Shown here piece by piece: positions 20,601 through 31,500 of a stretch of 40,885 nt of DNA. The position numbers and the translations under genes are program-made. The first letter of the stretch is position 1; each line of letters opens with the position of its first letter. Under the pieces are notes generated by a model. It worked only from the letters and a program-made list of their open reading frames with translations. It ran no database searches and was not told the DNA's origin. Origin of the DNA: Rhizaria sp. SCN 62-66 (taxonomy: Eukaryota); contig MEDY01000294.1 of the NCBI GenBank assembly GCA_001724265.1, forward strand, positions 1 through 40,885. The letters run 5' to 3'.

Positions 20601-23600
20601 TCTCTTTCACGGTCACTCATGCGGTCGCAACTACTCCTACAGGCACAGGCGCAGGCGCAGTAGCAGAGTAATGTGCGTGTTGCGGGACTGCGCAACCTCG
20701 GCAATACCTGTTACGCGAATGCAGCGCTACAGTGCCTGCTGCAGCTGCCGGCCATCGCGCCGTGGCTTGAGGCTGCGCGGTTCACCGTCTCGCTCGACCC
20801 GCGCCGGCCGCTGAAGAGCAAGACCAACGCTAACAGCTCCCCTTGCAACGGCAACAGCAACTGCGGCCACGACAAAAGCGGAGATAACGATGACGCTGAG
20901 AGCAAGTGTGAGCGTGAAGGCAGCGACGACACTGGCGGTATGGTTGCGCTCGCGCTCGCCCGCCTTGCTCGAGACCACGCCTCCGCCTCTCTCGTCTCCA
21001 ACAGCCCACCTCGTAGCGCACACGCTGCGGTGTTGTCGCCGCAGCCGTTGGCGACGCGTCGTGGTGGTCCGATGTCGGCCGCGGTGTCTGCGTCGGCTCT
21101 TCGGCGTGCGCTGTGTGTTGCGCACCCGGCTTTCGGCGGGCATGAGCAGGAAGACGCGTCGGAGTTCTTGATGGCGCTGCTTGACACGCTGCACCAGGAT
21201 CTCAACAGGGCACGCAACAACACCAACGCCGACACGAACCAGAATAAGAGCAGTGCTAACAGTGCCGAGAGCAGCCCCAGCGAGAGTGAGACTGCAAACA
21301 ATGTTGCTGCTGTCAAGACAGCGGGTGTAAGCCTCAGCGACGACGATGCCGAGGACGCCGCTGACGCAGCAGCCGCGCGAGCTGCCTGGTGCAGTCATTT
21401 GCAGTCCCACCAATCCCCCGTCGTCGACGCCACACACGGGCTCCTGCGGCACGCTGTGCGCTGCGGCCACTGCTCTGCGCGCGTTGTGCGATTCGAGCCA
21501 TTCACACTGCTTCCGCTGCCGCTGCCGCCCGCGCGCGCCGTCACAGTGACCACGCTCTACCTGGGCCCACTTGCGCCGCTGGACGACCTCTCGTTCACCG
21601 CTACAAACGCGGCCACTGCGGGTAATCACCGCAACAGCTGCAGCAGCGTCGGTGAGGTCATCGCGAAGCACGCGCAGGCGTGGGCGCGCGCGTGGGGCCG
21701 CTCCCGCTCCACCGGCGTCCGCTCCGTGACCCTCGCACTCTCGCCGACTAGCCCGGTCGCCGCCCTCCGTGCTGCCGTGGCCGCCGCTCTGTGCCCCGTG
21801 CCACTGCTCGATTCCCCCGGCGCCGGGGCCCGCGCGCCGCTGCCACCTGCCGCCGCCGCCGCCGCAGCCGCACGATCCGTCCTAGCGTCGGCACTGGCGG
21901 TCGGCGTTGTGGCGAAACACCGTGTGTGCGCTGTTGTGAAGCCGGGGGCGACGGTGCTTGAGCTTATGAACTGGCTTGAAGACGCGGCGTACGAGGCCAA
22001 ACACAGTGAAACACCAACCTCCACTGTTACCGAGGCTGCTAACGGCTCTGTGAACAGTGTCGGCGCGGCGGAGATTAGTGTCGGCGCGGCGGAGATTGTG
22101 GTTTGGTTAGTTCCTGACGCTGCGGAGGCCGCCGCTGCTGCGATCGCCGCTGCTGCCGCGACGGCGGCTGTTGAAACCGGTGATAATGCAACTGCTTCTG
22201 CCGTTACTGCTGTTGCTGAGTCGAACGCTAATAGTGCCGCTGTTGAGGACGCGTCTGTTTTATCTGATGTTATCAGTGAGTCTGGTGTCGTTACAGTGCA
22301 ACTCACCCACACCGTGCCCGCCGCCTTTGCCTCAACTGCTGTCACCAACGAAAGCAAGGGCGGCGATGACTTGTTCGTGCCTGCGTCGGTGCCTGCCCTG
22401 CTGGCACTGCCACGCACGACGCTGCGCTCCCTGCCTGTGTGCCGCCTACGCCGCGCAGCACGCGCCGCCGCGGCGGCCACTTTGCGTGGCGGCTGGCTCG
22501 GGTCCCTGCTCTCCCAGTCACAGGCGCCGTCTCAGCAAGATGCGACGGTTGCTGTGGTTGTTGCCGCAGAGGCCGCGGGGTGTTTCCGGCTCCGTCTCGT
22601 TCGTCCCCCGGCTTCTGCTTCTGTCAGTGCAACGCTCGGCAATGCCAGTGAATCTAGCATTGCAAAGAGCGATTCGACTGAGGTTCTGTGGAGTGATGAT
22701 GCGCCGGTGACGGTTGCTTGCCGCTGCGACGCCATGCTCCACAACGACTACAGTGACGCTGGCGTTGCCAGTGATGCGGGTGTCGCGGACTGTATCTGCG
22801 ACTGTGCGCGTTGCTCCGAGCGCCTCGACCTCACCGCACTCGCCGCCTCCGCTGACGCCGACAGGAGTCCTCAGGCTGCAACTGCCAGTGACTCGTCCGC
22901 TGACTCACATGGGGACGGTGAGATCGCTCTGGGCGTGGAAGCCCGGCTTGAGTGGCTCTCTCCCGCCGCGGGCGCTGCGGCGCGTGAGGCAGTGCTGTCG
23001 GCGGTGGGCGCGGGGGCGCACGCTCTGGCGCAGAGGCTGCGGAACCACTGCCGCGCGTTCGGCGCTGGCACTGAGCGCCTGCTAACGCACAGCAACAGCT
23101 ACAGCAACGATGACTCTGACGGCGATGCTGCGGGAAACACTGCAAAGATATCAGCAAACAACAACAACAACAATACTACTCCAGCTGAACCTAAGAACAC
23201 TCCTGAGGTGACTAACTCCAACAACAGCGGCGCAGCGCCGTCGTTGCAATTGCCACAGCCCCCCCGGTTGTCAGACTCGCCCCACCCCGACCCCTGTCTC
23301 GACGACGCCCTGGACCTTTTCTCCCGCGCCGAGTCCCTCGCGGGCCCCGATGCCTGGCGGTGCGGCTCCTGCGGCCACCGTGGCCACGGCGAGACCCGCA
23401 CATCGCTCTGGCACGCGCCCGACGTCCTCTTCATCACACTCAAGCGGTTCACTCCAACAGGGAGGAAGTTGCGGCAGCGGCTCCGGTTTCCCCTCTCCGG
23501 GCTCGACCTGGGGCCGTGGGTGCGCGGGCCCAGCGCGGCGGGCTCCGTGTACGACCTCTGCGGTGTCGTCAACCACCAAGGCTCGCTCGCGGGCGGACAC

Positions 23601-24089
23601 TGCACGGCCACGGTCAAGCACATGGGGGGCGCGGGGTGGTTTGCCGCGTCGGACTCTGCGGTCACGCGCGTCGCTGGACCAGTACCCTCCACTGACCACA
23701 CGCCCGCTAACGGCGCTGAGTTCAACGCTGAGGCGGAGACTGAGGCTGAGGCGGAGGCGGTGGAGCGGGCGGTCGTGACAGGCGCCGCGTACGTCTTGTG
23801 TTATGCTCGCAGGCAGACGCTGCGGTACGGCGCGGTGGTCGCGGCGGCGGAGCGGCTCGGGGCCGGGCCCGCGGGGGCGCCGATGCGCAGGCCGCCGCTG
23901 CCGAAGCCGTTGCTTGCCAGCGAATGCGACCACGACGCCGAGGGAGATCGCCGCGACGGCAACGCTCCAACCACCAACAAGGGGATTAAGAGCGGCGAGA
24001 GTGGTGAGTGGGTTGCGGAGCAAGTGTTTGGATTTGCCGCGCCCCCATTAGCGTCGCTGAAAGCGGATGACTATGAACTAATGCACTAA
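17109..24089 (+). CDS. Ubiquitin-specific protease (peptidase C19, USP4/11/15-like: DUSP + Tudor-like + UCH), ~2326 aa if four in-frame TAG codons are read as sense
   Basis: ORFs 17166-17762, 17871-20663 and 20673-24089 share one frame with ATG 17109 and are separated only by TAG (17124, 17130, 17760, 20661); the frame ends at TAA. Cys box GLRNLGNTCYANAALQCL, QEDASEFL, Zn knuckles CGHC/CGSC, His box YDLCGVVNHQG...GGH, AYVLCY. DUSP-like VPRAWWVRW...LARWHG. The 5' end is uncertain. Confidence 0.8.
17556..17606 (+). repeat. (CAG)17 microsatellite encoding polyQ in the USP
   Basis: 17 perfect CAG units in the coding frame. Confidence 0.97.
20685..23811 (+). other. UCH (peptidase C19) catalytic domain with large Ala/Ser/Asn-rich insertions
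   Basis: Catalytic Cys codon at 20709-20711; His box near 23550-23600; WFAASDSAV; AYVLCYAR. Confidence 0.92.
22056..22097 (+). repeat. Perfect 21-bp in-frame tandem duplication (SVGAAEI x2)
   Basis: AGTGTCGGCGCGGCGGAGATT occurs at 22056-22076 and 22077-22097. Confidence 0.95.
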
Positions 24090-24544
24090 GTTCCCCACAG
24101 TAGCTCGTCTCCAACACAGTACCTGACAGCAATTTATCGCGACTTTGAGCGAGTCGCAACAACTGCGCAGACATACCTTTGATCGCTTTTATCTAGACAA
24201 TTAATTCTGTATCAATCAATTTTTATGTTGTATCTCACTTTGCATTTGTGTATCCACACTTTGAATACATCTCTCCATTTCATTAATCGCTGTGAAGATG
24301 TAATATTACAACATTGATGACCAACATAACATTGTCGATCTAGTAATGATATTTTGTATTTATATGGAGAACTAACCTATGTAACAGAATCTAGACTCGC
24401 AACTAGAGAATCTTCGATTGGAAAAAAGTAACGTGACAATAACGTAGCTTCTCCGTCCTTGAAAAGCAAATAACCATGGTAAGAACATTACACAAGCTAG
24501 AACGAGAACACTAAGAGCATCGTCCATATATCGCTTGCGCCGTC

Positions 24545-27500
24545 TTACACAAGGCCCGCAGCGGACGCGGCCGCGCCGACTGCATTGGCAGCCGCGGCCG
24601 CCACTGCGCCCGCCGCGGAGCCAGCGGCCGCCACTACCGCCGCCCCCGCAGCGCCCGCCGCCGCCCCGGCCGCCGCGCCCGCTGCGGCCCCCGCAGAGAG
24701 GACAGCTCCCGACGCAGCCTCAGCGGCCTCGGTCACGGCAGCGGCTGTGTCATTGTTACCGGTTCCATCGCTGTTGCCGGAGTAAAGCGCCGCAAAACTC
24801 GACGCCGCTGAGCTAAGCAGCTCCGTGAGCGGGCCCGTGAACGATCCGGCGGCCCGGTCCGCGTCCCCACCCTCCCCGTGCTCCGTCCCGTACCCGCCGT
24901 GCGGCTTGCGCGGCCCGCTCGAGAGCAGCAGATACAGCAGCGCTGCCTCGGCGACGATAAGCCAGAAGGCGAAGATGTACTCGCGGCTGCACGCGCGGCG
25001 GTACCAGGCCCGCCCCGCGGCGGCGGCGTCGTCGGCGTCTCCGGCAGCCACCGCGCGGGCCACGGCGGCGCTCAGCAGCGACCCTAAGTTCCCTCTAGCG
25101 CTACCATCGCCGCCACCGGTCCCGTCACCACCACCGGTGTTGTTGTTGTTGCGGCCTGACTTGCGGGATTTGCCACGCGTTTCAGCAACTGCAGCGGTCG
25201 TGGTTCTGGCTGTTGCGGTGGCGGCTGCGGCTGCTGCGGCGGCGGCGGTTTGTTGCCGTTGCTGCTCCTGCTGCAACTCCTGAGCCAGAGTCGTCCTGCC
25301 TGGGGCCCTCCCGGGCAGCGTGCCGCCTGCCGGAGGCGCGGGGGTGGGGGCATGCAGCATCGGCATCGGCAGCGACACCGGTGCCGCACCAGCGCCAGCA
25401 GCACGCTGTTGCCCTACCATACCGCCTGAGTTAGATGACGGCAATGATGAGGAGGCAGGGGGCGGGGGTGCGTCGGTGAGCAGAGCGGCGACGTCGACGG
25501 GCAGGCGGCCGCCACTGCCCCGCGTCATGTGCTGCTGTGTTGCTGACTCAGCAGAAACGACAGAAGCAGCGGCGGCGGCGGCGTTGTTGGCGTCCTCCAA
25601 GTCAGCGTCTGCGCCCGCGGCGACCGGACCTGTCGTGAGCGCGCAGGCCGGGGCCAACGCCCTCAGAGCGGCTGCCTCTTGGCGGGCGGCGACGATGGTG
25701 ACGTAGAGGGCCCGCAGCCATAGCCGCGCCACGGGAGGCTCAGCCGAGAGGCGGTAGACCTCGGAGGTGCGTCGGGAGCTGAGGGAAAACACCACGTGCG
25801 CCTGCCTCTCAGTGGCAGAACCGCCGTTTCCACCACTGTTGCTGCTGGGGGGATTATCGTAGCGACTATTACTGTTCGATGAGGGGGAGGCAGAGGAGGC
25901 GGAGAAGCCAGCCCCGGGCAGCGGCGGCTCAGACGCGGGCGGGGTGCGGCGAGGCCTCTCAACGTGCAGAGTGCAGAAGGACAGGTCGAGGCAGCCGCGG
26001 AGGTCGCCCTCGGGCTGGAGGCGGTAGGCGAGAAGACAGCCTGAGAGCTGGAAGAAACGGGGCCGCCACTTGTCTCCCATGATGCCAAACGAGTACTTGT
26101 GGAGGTAGCCGGTTTTCGTGGTCAGGGAGGCCGCTCGGACAAGGACGCCCGAGGCGGGGGTTGCGAGCACTGCTGATGCCGCACCGGGGCCGTAGCCCGC
26201 TGCGCCACCGCCGTAAGAACCGTTGTTATATCCATTGCCACTGCTAGTACCACCACCGCTGATGTTGTTGTGGGTAGGGGTGGCGAGGACGTTGTGAGTT
26301 TGAGTGTTGTAGTACTGAGTCGACGCGGGGGACAGAGCATTTACAGCAAAGGCAGAGGCGGCTGCGAGGTCTGTGTTGTAGCGGGAGAATGACGTGGCAG
26401 ACGCGGCAGAGACCACCGATGCAGAGTCATCGTTGTCATCGTTGTCGTCATCATTGATGTTGTTACTGCTGGAGGTGCCTGACCGCGAGCGTGACCGTGA
26501 CCCTGACGGTGAGCTTGTACCTTCCTCATCGTCGTCGTCATCATCGTAATCACCATTGTCAGGGCCGTTCTTATGGTTATTTGAGCCTGTTGATATGACT
26601 GCGACTGCTGCTGGTGTTGAGACAGTATTAGCATTGGCGCGCGAGGACCGTGAAAAGGATCCAGACCTCACAATTTGACCGCCCGCGTTAACAGCATTCG
26701 CACTGACACTGAAACTGCCCCTCTGCCGTCCCTGCTGATGCTGCTGCTGAGACTGAGACTGAGATTGAGACTGAGATTGCGGGGACGCAGCGTCGGCGAA
26801 CGCGTACACCAAATCCCTCGCCACCCCACTGTTGCTGCCATTGCCGTTGTTTTGGCTACTGTTCTGATTGTGGTGATGAGACGGGGGTAGCCCGGCGGAG
26901 GACAGCCTACGCGCCGACTGTGTCCCCGTGCCCGTGCCCGTGCCAGTGCCCGTGCCGCGTCGCCGCGTCCGCGCTTGCACATGGAGCAGAGCCCAGGAGA
27001 TTCGGTGCGCCAGCAAAGCGCGCAGCGGCCGCGGACCGGCCAGGGCGGGCAACAACCCCGCCGTCGCCGCCGCCTGCGACTGTGCGCCCGTGGCCTGAGA
27101 CTGCGATTGGGGGTACGGCGAGTGTGTGCCTGAGACTGACCGTGAGCGTGCATGGGGGCCGGCCGAGACTGCGCCGTCTGCCGCCGCCAGGGACGCAGAA
27201 ACAAACGCCGCCGTGGCTGCATCTACCCCGGTCGCAGAGTCTGGGAGGTTGATGTCAAGGTCTAGCAGTGGGACAGGAGCGAATGCGACGGCGGTGGCAG
27301 ATGATGAGTCGAAGAACATGCCCCTGAGGGCGCGCGCTAGCTCTGGGGAGGAGAACTGGAGCGAGGAATACGCGGCGGGCGCGGCGGTGGCGCGGCCCTG
27401 GTCGACTTCGACGCGGACGATGGCCTGGCCGTCCATCGAGAAGAGGACGCGGTATCCTGGCTGAAGCGGCGTGCGGGCGAGTGCATCGAGAAATGGCACG

Positions 27501-27913
27501 GCGACGGGGTCAGGGACACCGCAGGCGGTGAGGTCGCGGCGAAAGAGCGCGGCGGCCTCGCCGGGTGACAGCGAGCGCGCGATGACGAGCAAGAACGAGC
27601 AGGGGTAGCCTCCGAAGACGAGCGCTTTGTACAGATACGCGTCCCGCAAGAGATCGGTCTGCGAGGCTGAGAGGAAGGCTTTGTTGACGGCGAGCAGGCG
27701 GGACGCCGTGTTGAGCGGCTCAGAATAAAAAGCAACGGCGTAAAGCGGCGCCGATGACAGCCCGCGGTCCTCCATGACGCACGAAGCGCCGTTGAGCAGG
27801 AAGCCGTTGGGGAGCCGGGCAGCAAACACACTGCCGGTGGCCGAGTCGACCAGGTAGGGCCAGTGCGAGGGGGAGGAATAGTCCTCGGGCGCCCAGGCCG
27901 CTGGCGCGCTCAT
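24545..27913 (-). CDS. Chalcone-isomerase-fold (lipid-binding-like) + PH domain + C-terminal TM protein, 1122 aa
   Basis: ATG at 27913, TAA at 24545-24547. The N-terminal VDSATGSVF...LNG...LYAVAFY...LQPGYRVLF...SPELARALRGMFF resembles the CHI fold. PH domain KTGYLHK...KWRPRFFQL...RGCLDL...YRLSAE...WLRAL (~25695-26117). TM YIFAFWLIVAEAALLYLLL (~24925-24985). Confidence 0.85.
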   Translation of the reverse strand: MSAPAAWAPEDYSSPSHWPYLVDSATGSVFAARLPNGFLLNGASCVMEDRGLSSAPLYAVAFYSEPLNTASRLLAVNKAFLSASQTDLLRDAYLYKALVFGGYPCSFLLVIARSLSPGEAAALFRRDLTACGVPDPVAVPFLDALARTPLQPGYRVLFSMDGQAIVRVEVDQGRATAAPAAYSSLQFSSPELARALRGMFFDSSSATAVAFAPVPLLDLDINLPDSATGVDAATAAFVSASLAAADGAVSAGPHARSRSVSGTHSPYPQSQSQATGAQSQAAATAGLLPALAGPRPLRALLAHRISWALLHVQARTRRRGTGTGTGTGTGTQSARRLSSAGLPPSHHHNQNSSQNNGNGSNSGVARDLVYAFADAASPQSQSQSQSQSQQQHQQGRQRGSFSVSANAVNAGGQIVRSGSFSRSSRANANTVSTPAAVAVISTGSNNHKNGPDNGDYDDDDDDEEGTSSPSGSRSRSRSGTSSSNNINDDDNDDNDDSASVVSAASATSFSRYNTDLAAASAFAVNALSPASTQYYNTQTHNVLATPTHNNISGGGTSSGNGYNNGSYGGGAAGYGPGAASAVLATPASGVLVRAASLTTKTGYLHKYSFGIMGDKWRPRFFQLSGCLLAYRLQPEGDLRGCLDLSFCTLHVERPRRTPPASEPPLPGAGFSASSASPSSNSNSRYDNPPSSNSGGNGGSATERQAHVVFSLSSRRTSEVYRLSAEPPVARLWLRALYVTIVAARQEAAALRALAPACALTTGPVAAGADADLEDANNAAAAAASVVSAESATQQHMTRGSGGRLPVDVAALLTDAPPPPASSSLPSSNSGGMVGQQRAAGAGAAPVSLPMPMLHAPTPAPPAGGTLPGRAPGRTTLAQELQQEQQRQQTAAAAAAAAATATARTTTAAVAETRGKSRKSGRNNNNTGGGDGTGGGDGSARGNLGSLLSAAVARAVAAGDADDAAAAGRAWYRRACSREYIFAFWLIVAEAALLYLLLSSGPRKPHGGYGTEHGEGGDADRAAGSFTGPLTELLSSAASSFAALYSGNSDGTGNNDTAAAVTEAAEAASGAVLSAGAAAGAAAGAAAGAAGAAVVAAAGSAAGAVAAAAANAVGAAASAAGLV

Positions 27914-28520
27914 CGGAGAAGTGGACAAAAACGGACAGGCAGAAGGCTGCTGTTAAGGCTGAAAAGACGCGGGACACGGGCGGGGCAGTCTGCGCGCTGA
28001 TGCGAGAGGTGGGAAAGGAGCGAGGAGAGGTGGAGGAGAACTCTGCGGTGCAAACAAGCAATACAAGGGTCGGGTGAGAAATCAAATAAAGGCAATGATA
28101 TTTACAAGCGCTACTACTAGGAAACAAGTGTTAAATCTCCCTGTGACAGATGTGCATTTCGAAGCAACTGCGCAAAGATACGCTTCTTCGAGATGGTGAC
28201 GACGTGGTTCTGCTCTCTGTCGCTGTGGTTGGTTGGCTGCTGCATGCAGTCCATGCTGATCGTGTGGATCGTTATTTTTCGGGTGAAGAGGTGACATAAA
28301 CAAATGGATTTCTGGTGTTGTTTATCGTTTTCGTGCGTTGATTCTCCGTGTAGTGTAAAATAACAGACTAAATTATTTTGTCGTTTGATTCTTTTCCTCC
28401 CCGAACCTCATAGCAGACCTCTCAACAACATCGTCTAACCGATCACATCTCGGCTCAGCCCTTCTCTGCATTGCCCGCATCTCTCTCGCCGCCGCCGCCA
28501 CTCACGCCCCTCCTGTGCCC
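27914..28520. promoter_or_regulatory. Probable bidirectional promoter region between divergent genes
   Basis: ~600-bp spacer with an AT-rich centre and CT-rich leaders on each coding strand, between head-to-head ATGs at 27913(-) and 28521(+). Positional inference only. Confidence 0.45.
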
Positions 28521-31500
28521 ATGAGTCTTGCGCCGGGGGAGTCGCTCCCGCGTCTCCCCTCGTCCTCGGCGAGCGCGTTCACGAGCGGCCCCGCGCCCTC
28601 GCCGACCCAGCCCCTGCGCCAGGCGTCCCGCAGAGCCAACAGCAGCGCTGGCCCAGGCCCAGGCCCAGGCCCAGCCCCAGGTTCGCCGTCTGTCCCCCTT
28701 GCCACCAGCAGCAGTAATAGCACTTCAGGCGCGGGCGGGTCACCGTCCGCGCTGCCCCCGCTGTCGCACCGCGCCGCCAGCGCAACTGACGCCCCCGGCA
28801 ACAACAGCAGCGGCAACTGTTCATCTTCACATCTGCCCCCGCCGTGCGACGACCGGCATGCACTCCCAGCGACCGAGGACGACAGAGAGTCCACCTACTA
28901 CACCCACGGCAGCCTTAGCAACAACGGCGGCGCGAATGGGGGCGACTTCTCCCTCTCAGATACCGCCAGCGTCGGCTCAGACCACCCGAACCACGGCAAC
29001 TACCACGGCTCGCATCAGCAGCAACATCAGTACCACGCCAGCACAGGCAACCCCTACTACCAGCAGCAGCAGCAGGGGCAGGGGCAGCAGCAGATGCAGA
29101 TGCAGATGCGCGTCGGCAGCGGCGGCAGGCACATTCGCTCGCCCAGTGCCAGCGGTGCCAGTGGTTTCGCCCCGGGGTCGGGCATCCTGCACTCTGACGC
29201 AGACCCCCACAACAACAACATCAACAACAGCAGCGGTAAGCAGCATCAACATACCAACAGCGGCGGTGGCGGTGGCGGTTACGGTTACGGTCACGTACTG
29301 AGAGTTGGCTCCCCTGCCTCTACTGCCTCAGCCTCAGCTCCAGTCGCCACGGGTCTAGCCCCCGTGGCGGTGGCGGTCGCGGCGGCCCCCCGAGGGATCC
29401 GGCTTGTATTCCCACCTCGTGCAGTGTCCACTGCTGCCAGCAACCACAGCATGAACAACAGCAATAATGGTCACTCTGCAAATGATGCTGCTGCTGCTGC
29501 TGGAGCTGCCACGGCGAGTGTTGACCCTTCTCCTCCTACCACTAAGCCCGCGAGTGGTACTGCGACGAACGCAAATGTTGGTGCGAATGCCACTGCTGGG
29601 AGCGTCGAGGCGAAGTCTGACGAAGTTAAGCCGGGAGGCCCCTCTAAGTCCGCCACTGCCCGGCCGCTGCGGATGGTAGTCAAGCCGCGTGACTCGTCAG
29701 TGAACGCCGCCTCTGCTGCCCCCACGGCGGCGACCGATAACAGTAGTAAAGGGGCGGGGGCCGGGGCGTTCACGGCTGACGCAGTGCCAGTTCCGACGAC
29801 TGTAGTGTTACTGAACCCCGTTGCTGCTGCTGCCTCTGTCCCTGCTTCTGCTGCTGCTGCTGCTGTTACTGCTGAGGGTACTACTCCTGTATCGCTTACA
29901 GTCACCGACAGCTCGAGCTCTGACGCTGCCGCCGGCGACACTGGTTCTAACGGCCCTGGGGTAATGCGCATCTACGTCTTCACACTCAACAACAGCAACA
30001 ACAACAATAATGGTGGTAATAGTGTGCATAATGCGAATACTGCGGTGAATGCAGAGCTGGCTCAGGTCGTTCACGTCCCTGTTTCGGCACCTTGGTCCGT
30101 TGCCAAAGACATCCTCGTGTCCGCCGCCACTCTTTCCCCCGCTGCTGCCGCCGCCGCCGCCGCAGCGTCAGCGGCAGGGGTTAATGGGCCTAATGCTAGT
30201 GCGAGCTACCCTAGCTCCTCCTCCTCTTCATCTTCGTCATTACTATCGGCGGCGGCGGCGGCAGCGACTAATAGTGTGAATGCAGTTGCGCGTGTCTGGT
30301 CCTCTGCCAACTTGGCTGAAATCACCGCCACAAGCGGCCTCTCCCACCGCGACCGCGTGCTCGTCACCCTCCCTGGCCAGCCCACCCCCGCCGACTCACT
30401 ATCGGCGACGGCCGGCACGTTGGACCCCGTGGCGGCCGCACTGGCCCTTTTCCCCCCGGCCCCTGCTCCTGTTCAACACGCATACTCTCAGTCGCAGGCT
30501 TCGTCTGCCCAGTCACGGAAGTCCCCGACTTTGCAGCCACGCCGCTCTCCGTCCTCCACCAGCCATAGCAACCATGCGGGGGATGGCGGTGGCCGTGGCG
30601 TGTCGCTTGGAGATGTCTTCTTACCCGGAAGCAGTGGACTAGCCTCGCTTTCCCTGCCCACCGCCGCTCCCCTGGGCCAGACGACCAGCCCTTCCCCCTC
30701 AGCCACAAACAACACCAGCAGCAACGCCTCGGGTCCCAGTGGTAGCGGCGGCGCTGCGAAGGCCCCTGCTGGCATGCGGCGAGCGTCAGCCGTCCTGTTC
30801 ACCACCGGCGGCGTCAACGGACCCTTACTAGCCGCCTCCCCTGCTCCCGCCTCCAACAACAACTCTAACGGGCCCTCATCGACTCCTGATAGCTCAAGCG
30901 CAGCCGGTGGCGGTGCTAGTAGTACCGGGGCCGGAGGCGGCGGTAAGTCCACCGTCTCAGGGTACGGCGCCCGTTTGTCACTGGTCCTCTCGGCCGGCGG
31001 CGGTCTCAGTGGCCTCACCACCGCCCAAGCAGGATCTGGCGATGGCAGTGGCAGTGACCAGCAACAACAACCGGGGGGCGGGGGTCCTCAGTACCACGCC
31101 CCGGGTCGCCGCGCCCACCGTGGCAGCGTGGACCTGTACGTCGTCGCCGAGGGAGGCGGCGGCGACGGGGACGGCGCCGGTCCAGAGGGCGGTGCCGCCG
31201 CCAATGGTCGCTCCCAATCCAGCACCAAGCGGATGGGGACGTCGCTCTCTATGGTCAGTCTTGATGGCAGCAACTCCGGAAATAATATTATTACTAACAA
31301 TAGTGATAATAATCACAACAGCTTTATCTTAGCTGGCCACGGCTCAGTGCCGGGCACTCCGTCTAACCACGGCAACAGCTCCTCGACCCCTATGTACGCC
31401 GCCCGCGGAGGCCGCCACCGCGCCAACCGCAGCATGAGCATGGCCTCCTCTGGCGGCGGGGACGACGCCCATAGTAACGTGGCGGGGGCGATAGCGCCGG

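Noticed and set aside
17760-20663. Pyrrolysine or selenocysteine recoding at the in-frame stops
   Set aside because: Sec uses UGA. Pyl is known only from prokaryotes, no pyl genes are seen here, and the TAGs fall in disordered Gln-compatible linkers rather than catalytic sites.
17166-24089. Treating 17166-17762, 17871-20663 and 20673-24089 as three separate genes
   Set aside because: All use GTG pseudo-starts, share one frame, have no AT-rich intergenic spacers, and one domain (DUSP) spans the first junction.
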